Below the pieces are notes generated by a model that ran no database searches, was not told the DNA's origin, and saw nothing but the letters and a program-made list of their open reading frames with translations. DNA of 64,000 nt from NCBI GenBank assembly GCA_041674225.1, contig JBAYWG010000001.1:169401-233400 (forward strand), given 5' to 3'. Every line of letters starts with the position of its first letter. Position 1 is the first letter of the stretch. Of the stretch, positions 35,605 through 44,207 are shown piece after piece. The position numbers and the translations under genes were made by a program. Source of the DNA: Minisyncoccota bacterium. GTDB taxonomy: Bacteria > Patescibacteriota > Minisyncoccia > Phycocordibacterales > JAACPR01.

Positions 35605-36858
35605 CTAGGAATATATTTTAGGTATATCTTCCCAAGAAGTTGTAAACTCGCCGGAAATAAATTTAGTGTTTGGTGCCCATTTTTTATCAACACCTTCAGA
35701 CGCTAGCCTCACTGTACCCTTTCCATAAATCAAATTCAGCGAATCAATTGATTTCATCAGTTTCTCAGTATCAAAAGTTTTTTGTCCAAATAAATCTTCG
35801 CTCTGACATGAATCTATTGGAACAAAATCTCCAAGCATGACGCCCGTCTTTTTATATTCAAAACCATCTTGATACATTGATTTCAAAATTTTATTTGCAA
35901 TTTTTGTTAGTTCAATCGTGTCCGACACAGGTTTGTCTAAAACAATTGATTCCGTTTGATAATACTGGGCAGTGTTAGTAAAACGATTTGTCGAAATTGT
36001 GATACTCAAAAATTTTGTTGCACTTCCTTCTTCTCTCATTTGTTGAGCACAGTTTGAGACATGATGTGACACCGACTGAAATAAAGTTTTAAAGTCTGAT
36101 ACATTTTTCCCGAAAGAACGCGAACTAATAATCGATTTTCGAGATTCTTTTTGAGCATCCATTAAAAGGCACGACTCACCTTTTAATTCTCTAGAAATCC
36201 GCAATAAACCAATTCCAAAGTTTTTTTGAATCCACTGATCATTTTGTTTAGTTAAATCAAGTGCCGAGTTGATCCCAAATTTTGATAGCGACAAAGAAAT
36301 CCTCGAACCAATTCCCCAAATCTTTCCAACAGAAACATCTTCCAAAATTTTATTGAGATTATTATCTTTTTCGATTTGATATACGACAGTTTTGTTATCC
36401 TTTGAAATTCTATTTGCGAGTTTAGCTAAAGTTTTTGTTGGAGCTATTCCAATTGAAACTGGTATTCCTGTGTATTGTCTTATTTTTGCGTGCAACTCCT
36501 CACAAAATTTTTTAGGATCACTCACGTCAGTCAAATCAATAAAAGCCTCATCGATAGAATATACTTCCATTTCATTTGAAAATTCTTGAATAATATTCAT
36601 TACCCGGTCTGACATATCTCTATATAATTTAAAATTGGTTGAGAAGATAGCGATTTTTGACATGTCATAATTATTTTTCATTTTAAAATGAGGAATACCC
36701 ATCGGGATCCCCATGTCTTTTACTTCTTGTGAACGAGAAATCACACAACCATCATTACTCGAAAGAATTAGTGTGGGCTTATTTTGTATTGAAGGATTAA
36801 AAACCCTCTCACACGATACAAAGAAATTATTACAATCAACAAGCGCGTAGGTTTTCAT
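35605..36858 (-). CDS. umuC: Y-family translesion DNA polymerase, UmuC-like
   Basis: YALVDCNNFFVSCERVFNPSIQNKPTLILSSNDGCVISRSQEVKDMGIPMG closely parallels the UmuC N-terminus. Confidence 0.85.
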   Translation of the reverse strand: MKTYALVDCNNFFVSCERVFNPSIQNKPTLILSSNDGCVISRSQEVKDMGIPMGIPHFKMKNNYDMSKIAIFSTNFKLYRDMSDRVMNIIQEFSNEMEVYSIDEAFIDLTDVSDPKKFCEELHAKIRQYTGIPVSIGIAPTKTLAKLANRISKDNKTVVYQIEKDNNLNKILEDVSVGKIWGIGSRISLSLSKFGINSALDLTKQNDQWIQKNFGIGLLRISRELKGESCLLMDAQKESRKSIISSRSFGKNVSDFKTLFQSVSHHVSNCAQQMREEGSATKFLSITISTNRFTNTAQYYQTESIVLDKPVSDTIELTKIANKILKSMYQDGFEYKKTGVMLGDFVPIDSCQSEDLFGQKTFDTEKLMKSIDSLNLIYGKGTVRLASEGVDKKWAPNTKFISGEFTTSWEDIPKIYS

Positions 36859-36859
36859 T

Positions 36860-37153
36860 TTAAATTAGTTTATGCACGACATGACAAACAACACCCCAAA
36901 CTTCTTGATCTTCTTGCTGTGAAAATTTTTGAATTACAAATTCTCCGTCTAGATTTACTAAAACAATACTTCCAATTTTTGGCGACACCGAACGATCTAT
37001 CACCAGTACATCATTTTTTGCAATAAGAAGTTCTGGCAAATCAAAACCTTCATATCTAAAATAAAAAGTTGCGTGTGGATGAAGTGTAACAAGATTATAT
37101 AAATCCAACCTATCGTGACTAACATTTTCTGCAGATTGAAATAACGGTGTCAT
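36860..37153 (-). CDS. UmuD'-like S24-fold protein lacking the N-terminal arm and the Ser nucleophile
   Basis: SAENVSHDRLDLYNLVTLHPHATFYFRYEGFDL aligns with UmuD [34 protein letters not shown]. GDSM is replaced by GFDL. The Lys is retained in VIQKF. Confidence 0.65.
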   Translation of the reverse strand: MTPLFQSAENVSHDRLDLYNLVTLHPHATFYFRYEGFDLPELLIAKNDVLVIDRSVSPKIGSIVLVNLDGEFVIQKFSQQEDQEVWGVVCHVVHKLI

Positions 37154-37199
37154 CCGTATATTGTATCTTTTATTTTTCTAGTCTGTCAACTTTTCTAGT
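37154..37199 (-). promoter_or_regulatory. strong promoter positioned for a leaderless umuD'-umuC mRNA, with flanking direct repeats
   Basis: Minus strand reads ACTAGAAAAG-TTGACA-G-ACTAGAAAAATAAAAGA-TACAAT-ATACGG-ATG. The -35 is at 37189-37184 and the -10 at 37165-37160, 6 nt before the start codon. ACTAGAAAA occurs twice. Confidence 0.55.
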
Positions 37200-37207
37200 T
37201 TTAAGTT

Positions 37208-37618
37208 TTAAACGACCTTACTCAAATCTCCCTCTATTAAAGTCGGATTAAAGCCAATAATCTCATCTTTTAGAATTCCTTCTGGAATATTAGCAAACAA
37301 AAATATTTTTTTATTTAATTTAAACGCATCATACATTTCCAAAAAAGTTGCGCCTCCAATGTAGTTTTGAATTCCATGTTTTTCAAAATTCAAAACAAGC
37401 ACTGCATCCTGATTATTTATCACACTCTCACTGTGTTTAATCATCGAAGATTTCCATTTTGAGTGTTCATCAAATCCAAGATCTCTGTATCTAGCCTCTG
37501 TCCCTGGATCATCAAAGCAATTCGGAAGTGTTACAACATGACCAGCGTCTTCTAGTTCATTTTTTATTTCAGGTATTTTATCGTAAAAGACCTTGCTGCA
37601 AATTAAAAATAATTTCAT
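37208..37618 (-). CDS. nucleoside 2-deoxyribosyltransferase-like Rossmann protein
   Basis: The start is moved to ATG 37618 (MKLFLICSKVFY). GGATFLEMYDAFKLNKKIFLF resembles the NDT-family sGt.fE.G.A motif. The longer ORF overlaps the upstream gene by 143 nt. Confidence 0.5.
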   Translation of the reverse strand: MKLFLICSKVFYDKIPEIKNELEDAGHVVTLPNCFDDPGTEARYRDLGFDEHSKWKSSMIKHSESVINNQDAVLVLNFEKHGIQNYIGGATFLEMYDAFKLNKKIFLFANIPEGILKDEIIGFNPTLIEGDLSKVV

Positions 37619-37625
37619 ACTAGAA

Positions 37626-38132
37626 TTATAACCCCCTACTATCATATGCCCAATGTAACACAGCTTGCCTTTGCCTAGCACGACAACTCTCGTCACCTTT
37701 CCTGCAATTTTTAACGATTTGCGCAATGTGTCGACTAATCGCCTTCCATCTCTTGATTTGTCTTGCATCCTCTTTTGGAATCCGACGTCCTAAATAATAT
37801 CTACAATACCATTGAAACCAACCTCGCGGATCTTCGTTATAAATCCAACCTTTCTTTTGCCATTCTTCCAAAGACTGCGATGCTTTTATACCAAAATAAT
37901 TTTTATCTTTCTCGTATTTTCCAGATACAGACAGGCTCGCTCCCTTAAACCAATCTTTCGGAAATTCATCATGCTCTCCATCAAAATATTTTCCTCCAAA
38001 TATTCCCAGTTTCAACATTTGCTTCGGTGTCAGATCCGGTTTGAATTCAGGATCAAAATTCTTCCCCTCTTTTTCAGTGAGTGTGTATTTGTAGTTTTTT
38101 TGATATCTATCGTTTACTTTTACTTCTTTCAC
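37626..38132 (-). CDS. conserved hypothetical protein
   Basis: 168 aa with a GTG start. The motifs FGGKYF and PRGWFQWYCRYYLGRR...DARQIKRWK look like a conserved family that I cannot name. Confidence 0.5.
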   Translation of the reverse strand: MKEVKVNDRYQKNYKYTLTEKEGKNFDPEFKPDLTPKQMLKLGIFGGKYFDGEHDEFPKDWFKGASLSVSGKYEKDKNYFGIKASQSLEEWQKKGWIYNEDPRGWFQWYCRYYLGRRIPKEDARQIKRWKAISRHIAQIVKNCRKGDESCRARQRQAVLHWAYDSRGL

Positions 38133-38135
38133 ACT

Positions 38136-38186
38136 AAAAATATACCACCTCCCAAAACAAAAAACACCTCAATATTGAGGTGTTTT
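38136..38186 (-). repeat. repeated terminator + extended -10 promoter module, copy A
   Basis: Plus strand: AAAAATATACCACCTCCCAAAACAAAAAACACCTCAATATTGAGGTGTTTT. On the minus strand the hairpin is followed by a T-run and then TGGTATATT 6 nt before the GTG. Confidence 0.7.
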
Positions 38187-38198
38187 GGGAACTAATCC

Positions 38199-39095
38199 TT
38201 ATAAAGATTCAATCATTTTCCCATAAGCATCAAAAGACTTTTCCGCATTAACACGATCTTTACCTCCCTTTTTATAGTCCTCAACATTATCAATCAATCC
38301 TGATAAAAATGAATTTGTGATCAATCTAGCCAATGAAAGTTTGTTATTACTCTCCTCTTCATAAGAGTCAATAATATGTTGGAAGTGATTTGGAAAATCT
38401 CTAATATATCTAGAAAACTCTCTTGCAGTTTCACCATATTCGGAATTACCAAAATCGATAAAACCAGATATTTTTTTATCTTTTATTAAAACATTTTCGT
38501 GATGAGCATCGTTGTGAATAAATTGAAAAACAGACTGATCCAAAGTTGTGTCAAAAATACTTTTTGCTTTCTGAGCTAAATCTATCATATTTTTTGGCAA
38601 AGACTCATCAGAAATAATTAAATGATAATCTGCTAACACTTCTAAATGAAGTCCTGTAGAGTCGTCAACCAAGACACCCATTTCATTTGCGTTTTGTTTA
38701 CTAATTATTTTACCGATTTGGGCATGAAAATATCCAAGATTTCGCAAAATATCAATTCTTTCTTCTTCTGATAAATCTTTCCAAACATTACGCAGAGTAT
38801 CACCCTCAATAAATGAATATCCATACATGTCTGGATCTTGGGAAACAAAAATAACTTCAGGAACAGGAATTGTTAAATTTGATTCATATAATTTCTGTGC
38901 AACTTTTGCTTCAATAACTAAACTGTTTTGAGGAGTAAATTCTTGAATTTCTTTTTCCACTTTTACAATACATTTTTTACCAGTCTTAGTTTCCAAATAA
39001 TATGCGTTGTTAACAAACCCTGACGCTTTTAATTCAAATTTAGTAATTTTCTCTTTTATTATTTTTTCAATATCACCCCTTAAGTCTTCTGACAT
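38199..39095 (-). CDS. aminoglycoside/choline-kinase-type phosphotransferase (APH family)
   Basis: Brenner motif FIHNDAHHENVLI and IDFGNSEYG. Confidence 0.75.
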   Translation of the reverse strand: MSEDLRGDIEKIIKEKITKFELKASGFVNNAYYLETKTGKKCIVKVEKEIQEFTPQNSLVIEAKVAQKLYESNLTIPVPEVIFVSQDPDMYGYSFIEGDTLRNVWKDLSEEERIDILRNLGYFHAQIGKIISKQNANEMGVLVDDSTGLHLEVLADYHLIISDESLPKNMIDLAQKAKSIFDTTLDQSVFQFIHNDAHHENVLIKDKKISGFIDFGNSEYGETAREFSRYIRDFPNHFQHIIDSYEEESNNKLSLARLITNSFLSGLIDNVEDYKKGGKDRVNAEKSFDAYGKMIESL

Positions 39096-39098
39096 ACA

Positions 39099-39146
39099 AA
39101 AAATATAGCACTTCCCAAAACAAAAAACACCTCAATCTTGAGGTGT
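39099..39146 (-). repeat. repeated terminator + extended -10 promoter module, copy B
   Basis: Plus strand: AAAAATATAGCACTTCCCAAAACAAAAAACACCTCAATCTTGAGGTGT. The minus strand gives TGCTATATT 6 nt before the ATG at 39095. Confidence 0.7.
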
Positions 39147-39170
39147 CGATAAGTTAAGTTGTTGTATATA

Positions 39171-39950
39171 TTAAATTTTCTTTTTCCAAAACACTCTACT
39201 ATTCACAGGCTCACCTTCTTCTCTTGATAATGAAATTTCATTTGTTTCAACTCTTTCAAAATCAATACTTTCTGGAACCGTCTCATACAAAAGCTTGGCT
39301 TTTGTATCCTTCATTAAACCCGCATATTGTTCTAAAATTGTTTCAGAAGTCGGCATAAGAAACACATCAACGCCAATTTCTTTTGCAGCTGACTTAACAT
39401 CTTCCAACAATTCCTTTTGATAATTTGGAATACTACCGGCACCAAAGCACTTATTACATTTTACATATTCTGTTTTAGTAACATTCACACCCCCTTTTCC
39501 ATTGCACATCTCACACTTATCACGACTTACTTCTTTAAGTTTCTTATTCTTGGTTTTTTGTAATAGATCAGATTGAATCTCCTCGATAAGCCAAGCCTTT
39601 TCAAATACACCTAAATCGCTTACAACATTTCTTTGACTTATTTTCATCCAAGAGTAAACCTCCAGAGGTTTATCTGTTCTGAAATGTGAACTCGTATGCA
39701 TATAATCTAACTCGGCGTCACCTAATTCATAAACATTAATCATTTCTTCTAACGAAGCTTCTTTGATTATTATTATTCTATCTCCTTCACCTCTTTTAAC
39801 ATAAGGCAAAATATCCGAAGAAAATGCTTTTAATCCATCTTTCAAAATACCATTATTTAATCTTTTTACAGTCTCATTAATATCTTCTATACTTTCAATA
39901 TCATTCTCTATTTCATCATCAAAAATAGTTTGAGGAAATTTTTCTTTCAT
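39171..39950 (-). CDS. hypothetical protein with a DnaJ-type CxxCxGxG zinc-finger pair
   Basis: The start is taken at ATG 39950 (MKEKFPQ). CEMCNGKGG...CNKCFGAGS is the zinc-finger pair. Confidence 0.5.
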   Translation of the reverse strand: MKEKFPQTIFDDEIENDIESIEDINETVKRLNNGILKDGLKAFSSDILPYVKRGEGDRIIIIKEASLEEMINVYELGDAELDYMHTSSHFRTDKPLEVYSWMKISQRNVVSDLGVFEKAWLIEEIQSDLLQKTKNKKLKEVSRDKCEMCNGKGGVNVTKTEYVKCNKCFGAGSIPNYQKELLEDVKSAAKEIGVDVFLMPTSETILEQYAGLMKDTKAKLLYETVPESIDFERVETNEISLSREEGEPVNSRVFWKKKI

Positions 39951-39954
39951 ATAC

Positions 39955-40009
39955 AAAAATTCTACCACTCTCCTAAAACAAAAAACACCTCAATCTTGAG
40001 GTGTTTTTT
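39955..40009 (-). repeat. repeated terminator + extended -10 promoter module, copy C
   Basis: Plus strand: AAAAATTCTACCACTCTCCTAAAACAAAAAACACCTCAATCTTGAGGTGTTTTTT. The hairpin starts 6 nt after the tRNA-Asp 3' end. The minus strand gives TGGTAGAAT 8 nt before the ATG at 39950. Confidence 0.7.
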
Positions 40010-40015
40010 GAACTG

Positions 40016-40089
40016 CGCGAGTGATGGGACTCGAACCCACGACCTTCCGCGTGACAGGCGGACGCTCTAACCAGCTGAGCTACACCCGC
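40016..40089 (-). tRNA. tRNA-Asp (GTC)
   Basis: Hand fold: GCGGGTG TA GCTC AGCTGGTTA GAGC G TCCGC CTGTCAC GCGGA AGGTC GTGGG TTCGAGT CCCAT CACTCGC G. Confidence 0.9.
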
Positions 40090-40170
40090 AAATGTGTAAG
40101 CAAATTACATAACAAATGCGTTTCGCTACTTTACCAAATAAAGCTCTGTTTATCAAATACCCCTAACGTG

Positions 40171-40244
40171 TCCCGAGGGACGGAATTGAACCGTCGACCT
40201 TAGCTTTATGAGTGCTACGCTCTAACCAACTGAGCTACCCCGGG
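40171..40244 (-). tRNA. tRNA with CAT anticodon (elongator Met, or Ile2 if lysidine-modified)
   Basis: Hand fold: CCCGGGG TA GCTC AGTTGGTTA GAGC G TAGCA CTCATAA AGCTA AGGTC GACGG TTCAATT CCGTC CCTCGGG A. The 1:72 pair is Watson-Crick, so it is not an initiator. Confidence 0.85.
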
Positions 40245-40292
40245 ATTCTACAAAACCTTTGCAGAACACACTATAATAGTATCAGTCAATTT

Positions 40293-41264
40293 TTACAAGT
40301 CGGAGTCCAATTCCACACTTTCATTAACCAAAAACTCAACCTCTTGCTCTAGTCTTATTCTCACAGAACTATCTAAAGTTGTTGAAGCATTAGTGAAATC
40401 AGATCCCAATATCTCCTCTTTTGCTTCCAGCACGATATCGTCTACAAGAGACTCGACCTCTTCAACTCGAGTATTTGAAATATCTTCCACATGTTTAGAT
40501 AGAGCATCTAGCGCAACATTTCTTAATGAACGAAATTTTTCTCGCATTTCTTTTTTATCGTTTTCTTTTTCTGTTTCTTCTTTTAGCTCAACTAATTCAA
40601 CTTGTTCATCTTCGGCTTTTTTTTCATCAATATCTTTATCATCAACTTCTTCTTTTGTTTCAATTTCAGATATGATAGAGAAAGATACAGAAGCATCTAG
40701 TTCTCCGGTTTCTTCAGACAACCCCAAGACATCTTCACTAATATCTAGAGCAGCGACAACCACTTGATGATCTTCCAATGTATCTTCTTCCGAATCTTCA
40801 GAAACTTCCAAAGCCAAAATTACATCAGAAACATTTTCTTCCAAAGCCTCTTCAAAATCTACAAGTGCATCCTTTTTTATTTCACCCTCCCTAGCAAGAA
40901 TTTTTATTTCACTCACTCTTTTTGTTAAAAGAGATTGATAGTATTCGTTCTTCTCTTCTTTAGGAACAAATGCAGCTTTTACTTCTTCATTTATATTTGT
41001 TTTTACTTTATACAAAACATCCCCGGGCAAACTTCTTTCAGCAGCAAAAGAAACAGGCGCTCCAATAATTGCAAACATTATCAAAGCCGCTGGTACTGCG
41101 CGTAAATAAAAAGACCAAGCAAAGAAAGGTGACGGTTGTGCAACTGGTGTAATTCTCCCAAAAATATTTGATTTTAGATTTTCTTTTTCAGAAACACTCA
41201 AAGACACTTGCTTGTACGCATTTTCAAAATTTTCAATATCTTTTTGTAATTTTGGGTTATTCAT
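40293..41264 (-). CDS. putative anti-sigma factor (single TM, acidic extracytoplasmic domain)
   Basis: 323 aa overlapping the sigma gene by 8 nt (ATGAATAA coupling). TM segment AVPAALIMFAIIGAPVSFA and a highly acidic C-terminal half. Confidence 0.45.
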   Translation of the reverse strand: MNNPKLQKDIENFENAYKQVSLSVSEKENLKSNIFGRITPVAQPSPFFAWSFYLRAVPAALIMFAIIGAPVSFAAERSLPGDVLYKVKTNINEEVKAAFVPKEEKNEYYQSLLTKRVSEIKILAREGEIKKDALVDFEEALEENVSDVILALEVSEDSEEDTLEDHQVVVAALDISEDVLGLSEETGELDASVSFSIISEIETKEEVDDKDIDEKKAEDEQVELVELKEETEKENDKKEMREKFRSLRNVALDALSKHVEDISNTRVEEVESLVDDIVLEAKEEILGSDFTNASTTLDSSVRIRLEQEVEFLVNESVELDSDL

Positions 41265-41808
41265 TTTTTTCTTTTTTATTATATAAATCTTCTAACTGTG
41301 CGAGTGCTCTATGCAATCTCACAGAAATAACATTTTCACTTACACCATGTATATCAGCAATTTCTTTTACAGAAAAGCCTTCAATGTGTCTCAATAAAAT
41401 CAGATCGGAATCTTTCTTTTCTATAAGACCGAGCATCTGATTTAGATCTGAAGCAATTATTGTTTTTGAAATATCTTGGCTATTATCCGCGATATCAAAA
41501 CCTGCTTCAGACAGCGTATCCAATGAAGAATGATGCACATCTCTCTCGTAGCTATTCACCAAAAGATTATGAGCGATTCTATATAAAAGAGCTTTTGGGA
41601 ATTCCACATCTTTCCCTTTTCCAAGATACGATTGCCACATCCGAACAAACACCTCTTGAGTCAAATCAAGTGCTTTTTCTTTGTCTCGAATACGAAACAT
41701 CAAATATCTGAAAATGTCATCAACATAAGCGTCGTACAACATTTCCATATTTTTTCGGCTTTTATTATTCATTGAATATGTACGTATTCGCAACTGGTAA
41801 CCCTGCAA
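41257..41808 (-). CDS. ECF-type RNA polymerase sigma factor
   Basis: Region 2 DLTQEVFVRMWQ and region 4 ILLRHIEGFSVKEIADIHGVSENVISVRLHRA. The start is more likely ATG 41772 (MNNKSRK). Confidence 0.8.
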   Translation of the reverse strand: MQGYQLRIRTYSMNNKSRKNMEMLYDAYVDDIFRYLMFRIRDKEKALDLTQEVFVRMWQSYLGKGKDVEFPKALLYRIAHNLLVNSYERDVHHSSLDTLSEAGFDIADNSQDISKTIIASDLNQMLGLIEKKDSDLILLRHIEGFSVKEIADIHGVSENVISVRLHRALAQLEDLYNKKEKNE

Positions 41809-41956
41809 ATACTGATTTCTTACATTCTATGTAAGATTTTAGCTCCTGCGGTGTCATTAATAGTGGAACCCCATGTACTCTGACAATTAAATATTACTCA
41901 GAAAAGCATGGAGTTATTATAGTTAACAACACACTTATAAGTATAACAATATTACT

Positions 41957-43981
41957 ATGAATCAATCTAATCAAAAATTTGATGTGGTTTGGCACTCAAG
42001 AATCAGCCGCACATTAAAGAAACTAAAGAAAAGTACTGCCCAAATGACAGTAGCTTTAGTGATGGCAGCAATTATTGCTGTTCCATCAGTAAGCGCACTA
42101 ACATCAAGCGATGTAGAATTATTAATCGCACTTGGAATCATTCCAGCTGATAAAGCCGCTGTAGCACGAGCTGCTGTTTCAGGAAATTCAAACACAGTAT
42201 CATGTGGTGTTTTCATGAGAGATTTAACTCTTGGATCAACAGGATCTGATGTAGTCTCTCTACAAACATTTCTTGAATCAAAAGGAAAACTAACAATGCC
42301 AGTTGGAGTTTCAAAAGGATATTTTGGACAACTAACAAGACAAGCTCTTGCGAGTTACCAAGCTTCAGTTGGAATTGCTCCAGCTGTAGGATATTTTGGA
42401 CCAATCACTAGATCAAATGTTGCTCTAGCATGTGCTCCAGGAAATCCAAATCCAGGTACACCTAACAATCCAAACCCAGAACTTTCAAATAAGGAAGCAA
42501 GACTTTCTGATTACGACCGAGAGAACTCATATTCAAATGAAACTCTTGAGGAAGGAGAAACAGCAAAAGTTTTTGCTGCTGAATTTTCTGTGGAAGATGG
42601 AGATGTAAAAATAGACCGTGTAGATATTGCTCTTGAAGCAGTGTCAGAAACTAACGAGGATGAACCTTGGAAACAAATTGAATCTATTACTTTGTTCATC
42701 AACGGTGACGAAGTTGATTCAATGGATGTAGATAGCGAAGATGATTGGTCACGAGAATCAAGTACAGAAACTCCTACAACTAGCCGAGCCTACGAAGTAA
42801 GATTCGCTGGATTGGATACTGTAGTTGAAGAAGGTGATGACGCTCTAATCGAAATTGAAATCAAAACATCAGACCGAATTGATGACAACGATCTAACACA
42901 ATCATGGAAAATTTGGATCCCAACAGATGGAATCCGAGCCGTGGATGGAAAAGGAATTGATCATTATGAAGGTTCAAACTCAGAATCAACAGAATTCGAA
43001 ATCGAAACTGCTGATGATGGTGATGTATCAATTCGTTCAAGTGATGATGATCTAGATGCATCTATCTTGGTTGTAGATACTGACACTAAATCTTCATCAT
43101 ACGAAGTGTTTAGATTTGAAGTTGAAGCAGATGATGCTGATATTTTCCTAAACACTCTTACAATCGTAGCTTCAACTTCTGATAACAACATTAATGATGT
43201 TGTATCAGAACTTACAGTTGAAATTGACGGAGACGAATTTGATTTCGACTCAGTATCAACTACAGCTAACGTAGGAGAATACCTATTCGACTTTGAAGAT
43301 AACAACGATGACGTTGGTGTGGACAAAGACGATACTGTTGAAGTAGTTGTATTTGTAAGATTCCACAAAAATACAGGAAACTATGCAGATGGTACTACTG
43401 TACAATTTGGAATCGGAAAAATTGATGGTTCTGACTACGGTGATATTGGAATCACAGCAGAAGGACAATCAACTGGAGACAATGCTGATGTAACAGGACG
43501 ACAAGAAGGTTCTCTACACACATTGAGAACAGAAGGAATTTCAACTACCTCAACTGGTAATACATTCACTTACCGAGACAACCTAACAGGTACATTGTCA
43601 GACGATGAAGGAATTTACAAATTCCAAATAAGAGTTACAGCTCTAGAAGAGGATGCTTGGATCGACAACAGTGTTGCGACAACATCATCAACAACAGCTG
43701 GATTTGTAGCGACTGTCACAGGAGATACATTCAATGGTGAATCATCAGCGAGAATTGCTGACACAACAGCAGATGTATTAACTAATAATCGATACAAAAT
43801 TTCAGAAGGAACTTCAGAGACATTCGAGATTGTAGTAGAACTTGATCCAGCTACTGCAGGAGCATATGGTTTGACACTTTCAAACATCAACTTCGCAATC
43901 AGCTCAAATGGAACACAAGTAGAATACGTTGTACCGAATGAAACTCAATACAGAATTTCAAGTAAAACAATCAAAAATTAA
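41957..43981 (+). CDS. secreted acidic protein with a peptidoglycan-binding (PG_binding_1-like) domain
   Basis: Signal/anchor MTVALVMAAIIAVPSVSA, then LTLGSTGSDVVSLQTFL...GYFGQLTRQALASYQ...GYFGPITR, then a ~480-aa Asp/Glu/Thr-rich region. Confidence 0.65.
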   Translation: MNQSNQKFDVVWHSRISRTLKKLKKSTAQMTVALVMAAIIAVPSVSALTSSDVELLIALGIIPADKAAVARAAVSGNSNTVSCGVFMRDLTLGSTGSDVVSLQTFLESKGKLTMPVGVSKGYFGQLTRQALASYQASVGIAPAVGYFGPITRSNVALACAPGNPNPGTPNNPNPELSNKEARLSDYDRENSYSNETLEEGETAKVFAAEFSVEDGDVKIDRVDIALEAVSETNEDEPWKQIESITLFINGDEVDSMDVDSEDDWSRESSTETPTTSRAYEVRFAGLDTVVEEGDDALIEIEIKTSDRIDDNDLTQSWKIWIPTDGIRAVDGKGIDHYEGSNSESTEFEIETADDGDVSIRSSDDDLDASILVVDTDTKSSSYEVFRFEVEADDADIFLNTLTIVASTSDNNINDVVSELTVEIDGDEFDFDSVSTTANVGEYLFDFEDNNDDVGVDKDDTVEVVVFVRFHKNTGNYADGTTVQFGIGKIDGSDYGDIGITAEGQSTGDNADVTGRQEGSLHTLRTEGISTTSTGNTFTYRDNLTGTLSDDEGIYKFQIRVTALEEDAWIDNSVATTSSTTAGFVATVTGDTFNGESSARIADTTADVLTNNRYKISEGTSETFEIVVELDPATAGAYGLTLSNINFAISSNGTQVEYVVPNETQYRISSKTIKN

Positions 43982-44005
43982 TAATTTCTGATTAGTTGAA
44001 AGAAA

Positions 44006-44037
44006 GCAAAAGGCCGCCCGTAAGGGCGGCCTTTTGC
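44006..44037. terminator. strong bidirectional terminator
   Basis: GCAAAAGGCCGCCC-GTAA-GGGCGGCCTTTTGC, a perfect 14-bp stem. Confidence 0.85.
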
Positions 44038-44069
44038 TTTGTCTGTTTTATTAGCTTCAATCTAACTTG

Positions 44070-44140
44070 TTGCGGGGCCCGGAATTGCACCGGGGTCTAG
44101 AGGTTATGAGCCTCTCGAGGTACTACTCCTCTACCCCGCG
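44070..44140 (-). tRNA. initiator-type tRNA-fMet (CAT) with atypical D- and T-loops
   Basis: Hand fold: CGCGGGG TA GAGG AGTAGTA CCTC G AGAGG CTCATAA CCTCT AGAC CCCGG TGCAATT CCGGG CCCCGCA A. It shows a C1xA72 mismatch and A11:U24. The D-loop lacks GG and T-loop position 55 is G. Confidence 0.65.
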
Positions 44141-44207
44141 ATATATTTACCAACTTTTTGGATGCCCAAAATACTACACGAAAAAACCTGTTTAGTCAAT
44201 TTCAATC

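Noticed and set aside
38136-40009. Whether the three repeated hairpin elements could be a CRISPR array or an integron attC series.
   Set aside because: There are only three copies, spaced by ~0.8-0.9 kb protein-coding genes rather than 30-40 nt spacers. No cas or intI gene is in the window. The structure fits a terminator-promoter module better.
40021-40203. 60-aa plus-strand ORF MMGLEPTTFRVTGGRSNQ...
   Set aside because: It is the antisense translation of tRNA-Asp and tRNA(CAT) plus the spacer between them, not a gene.
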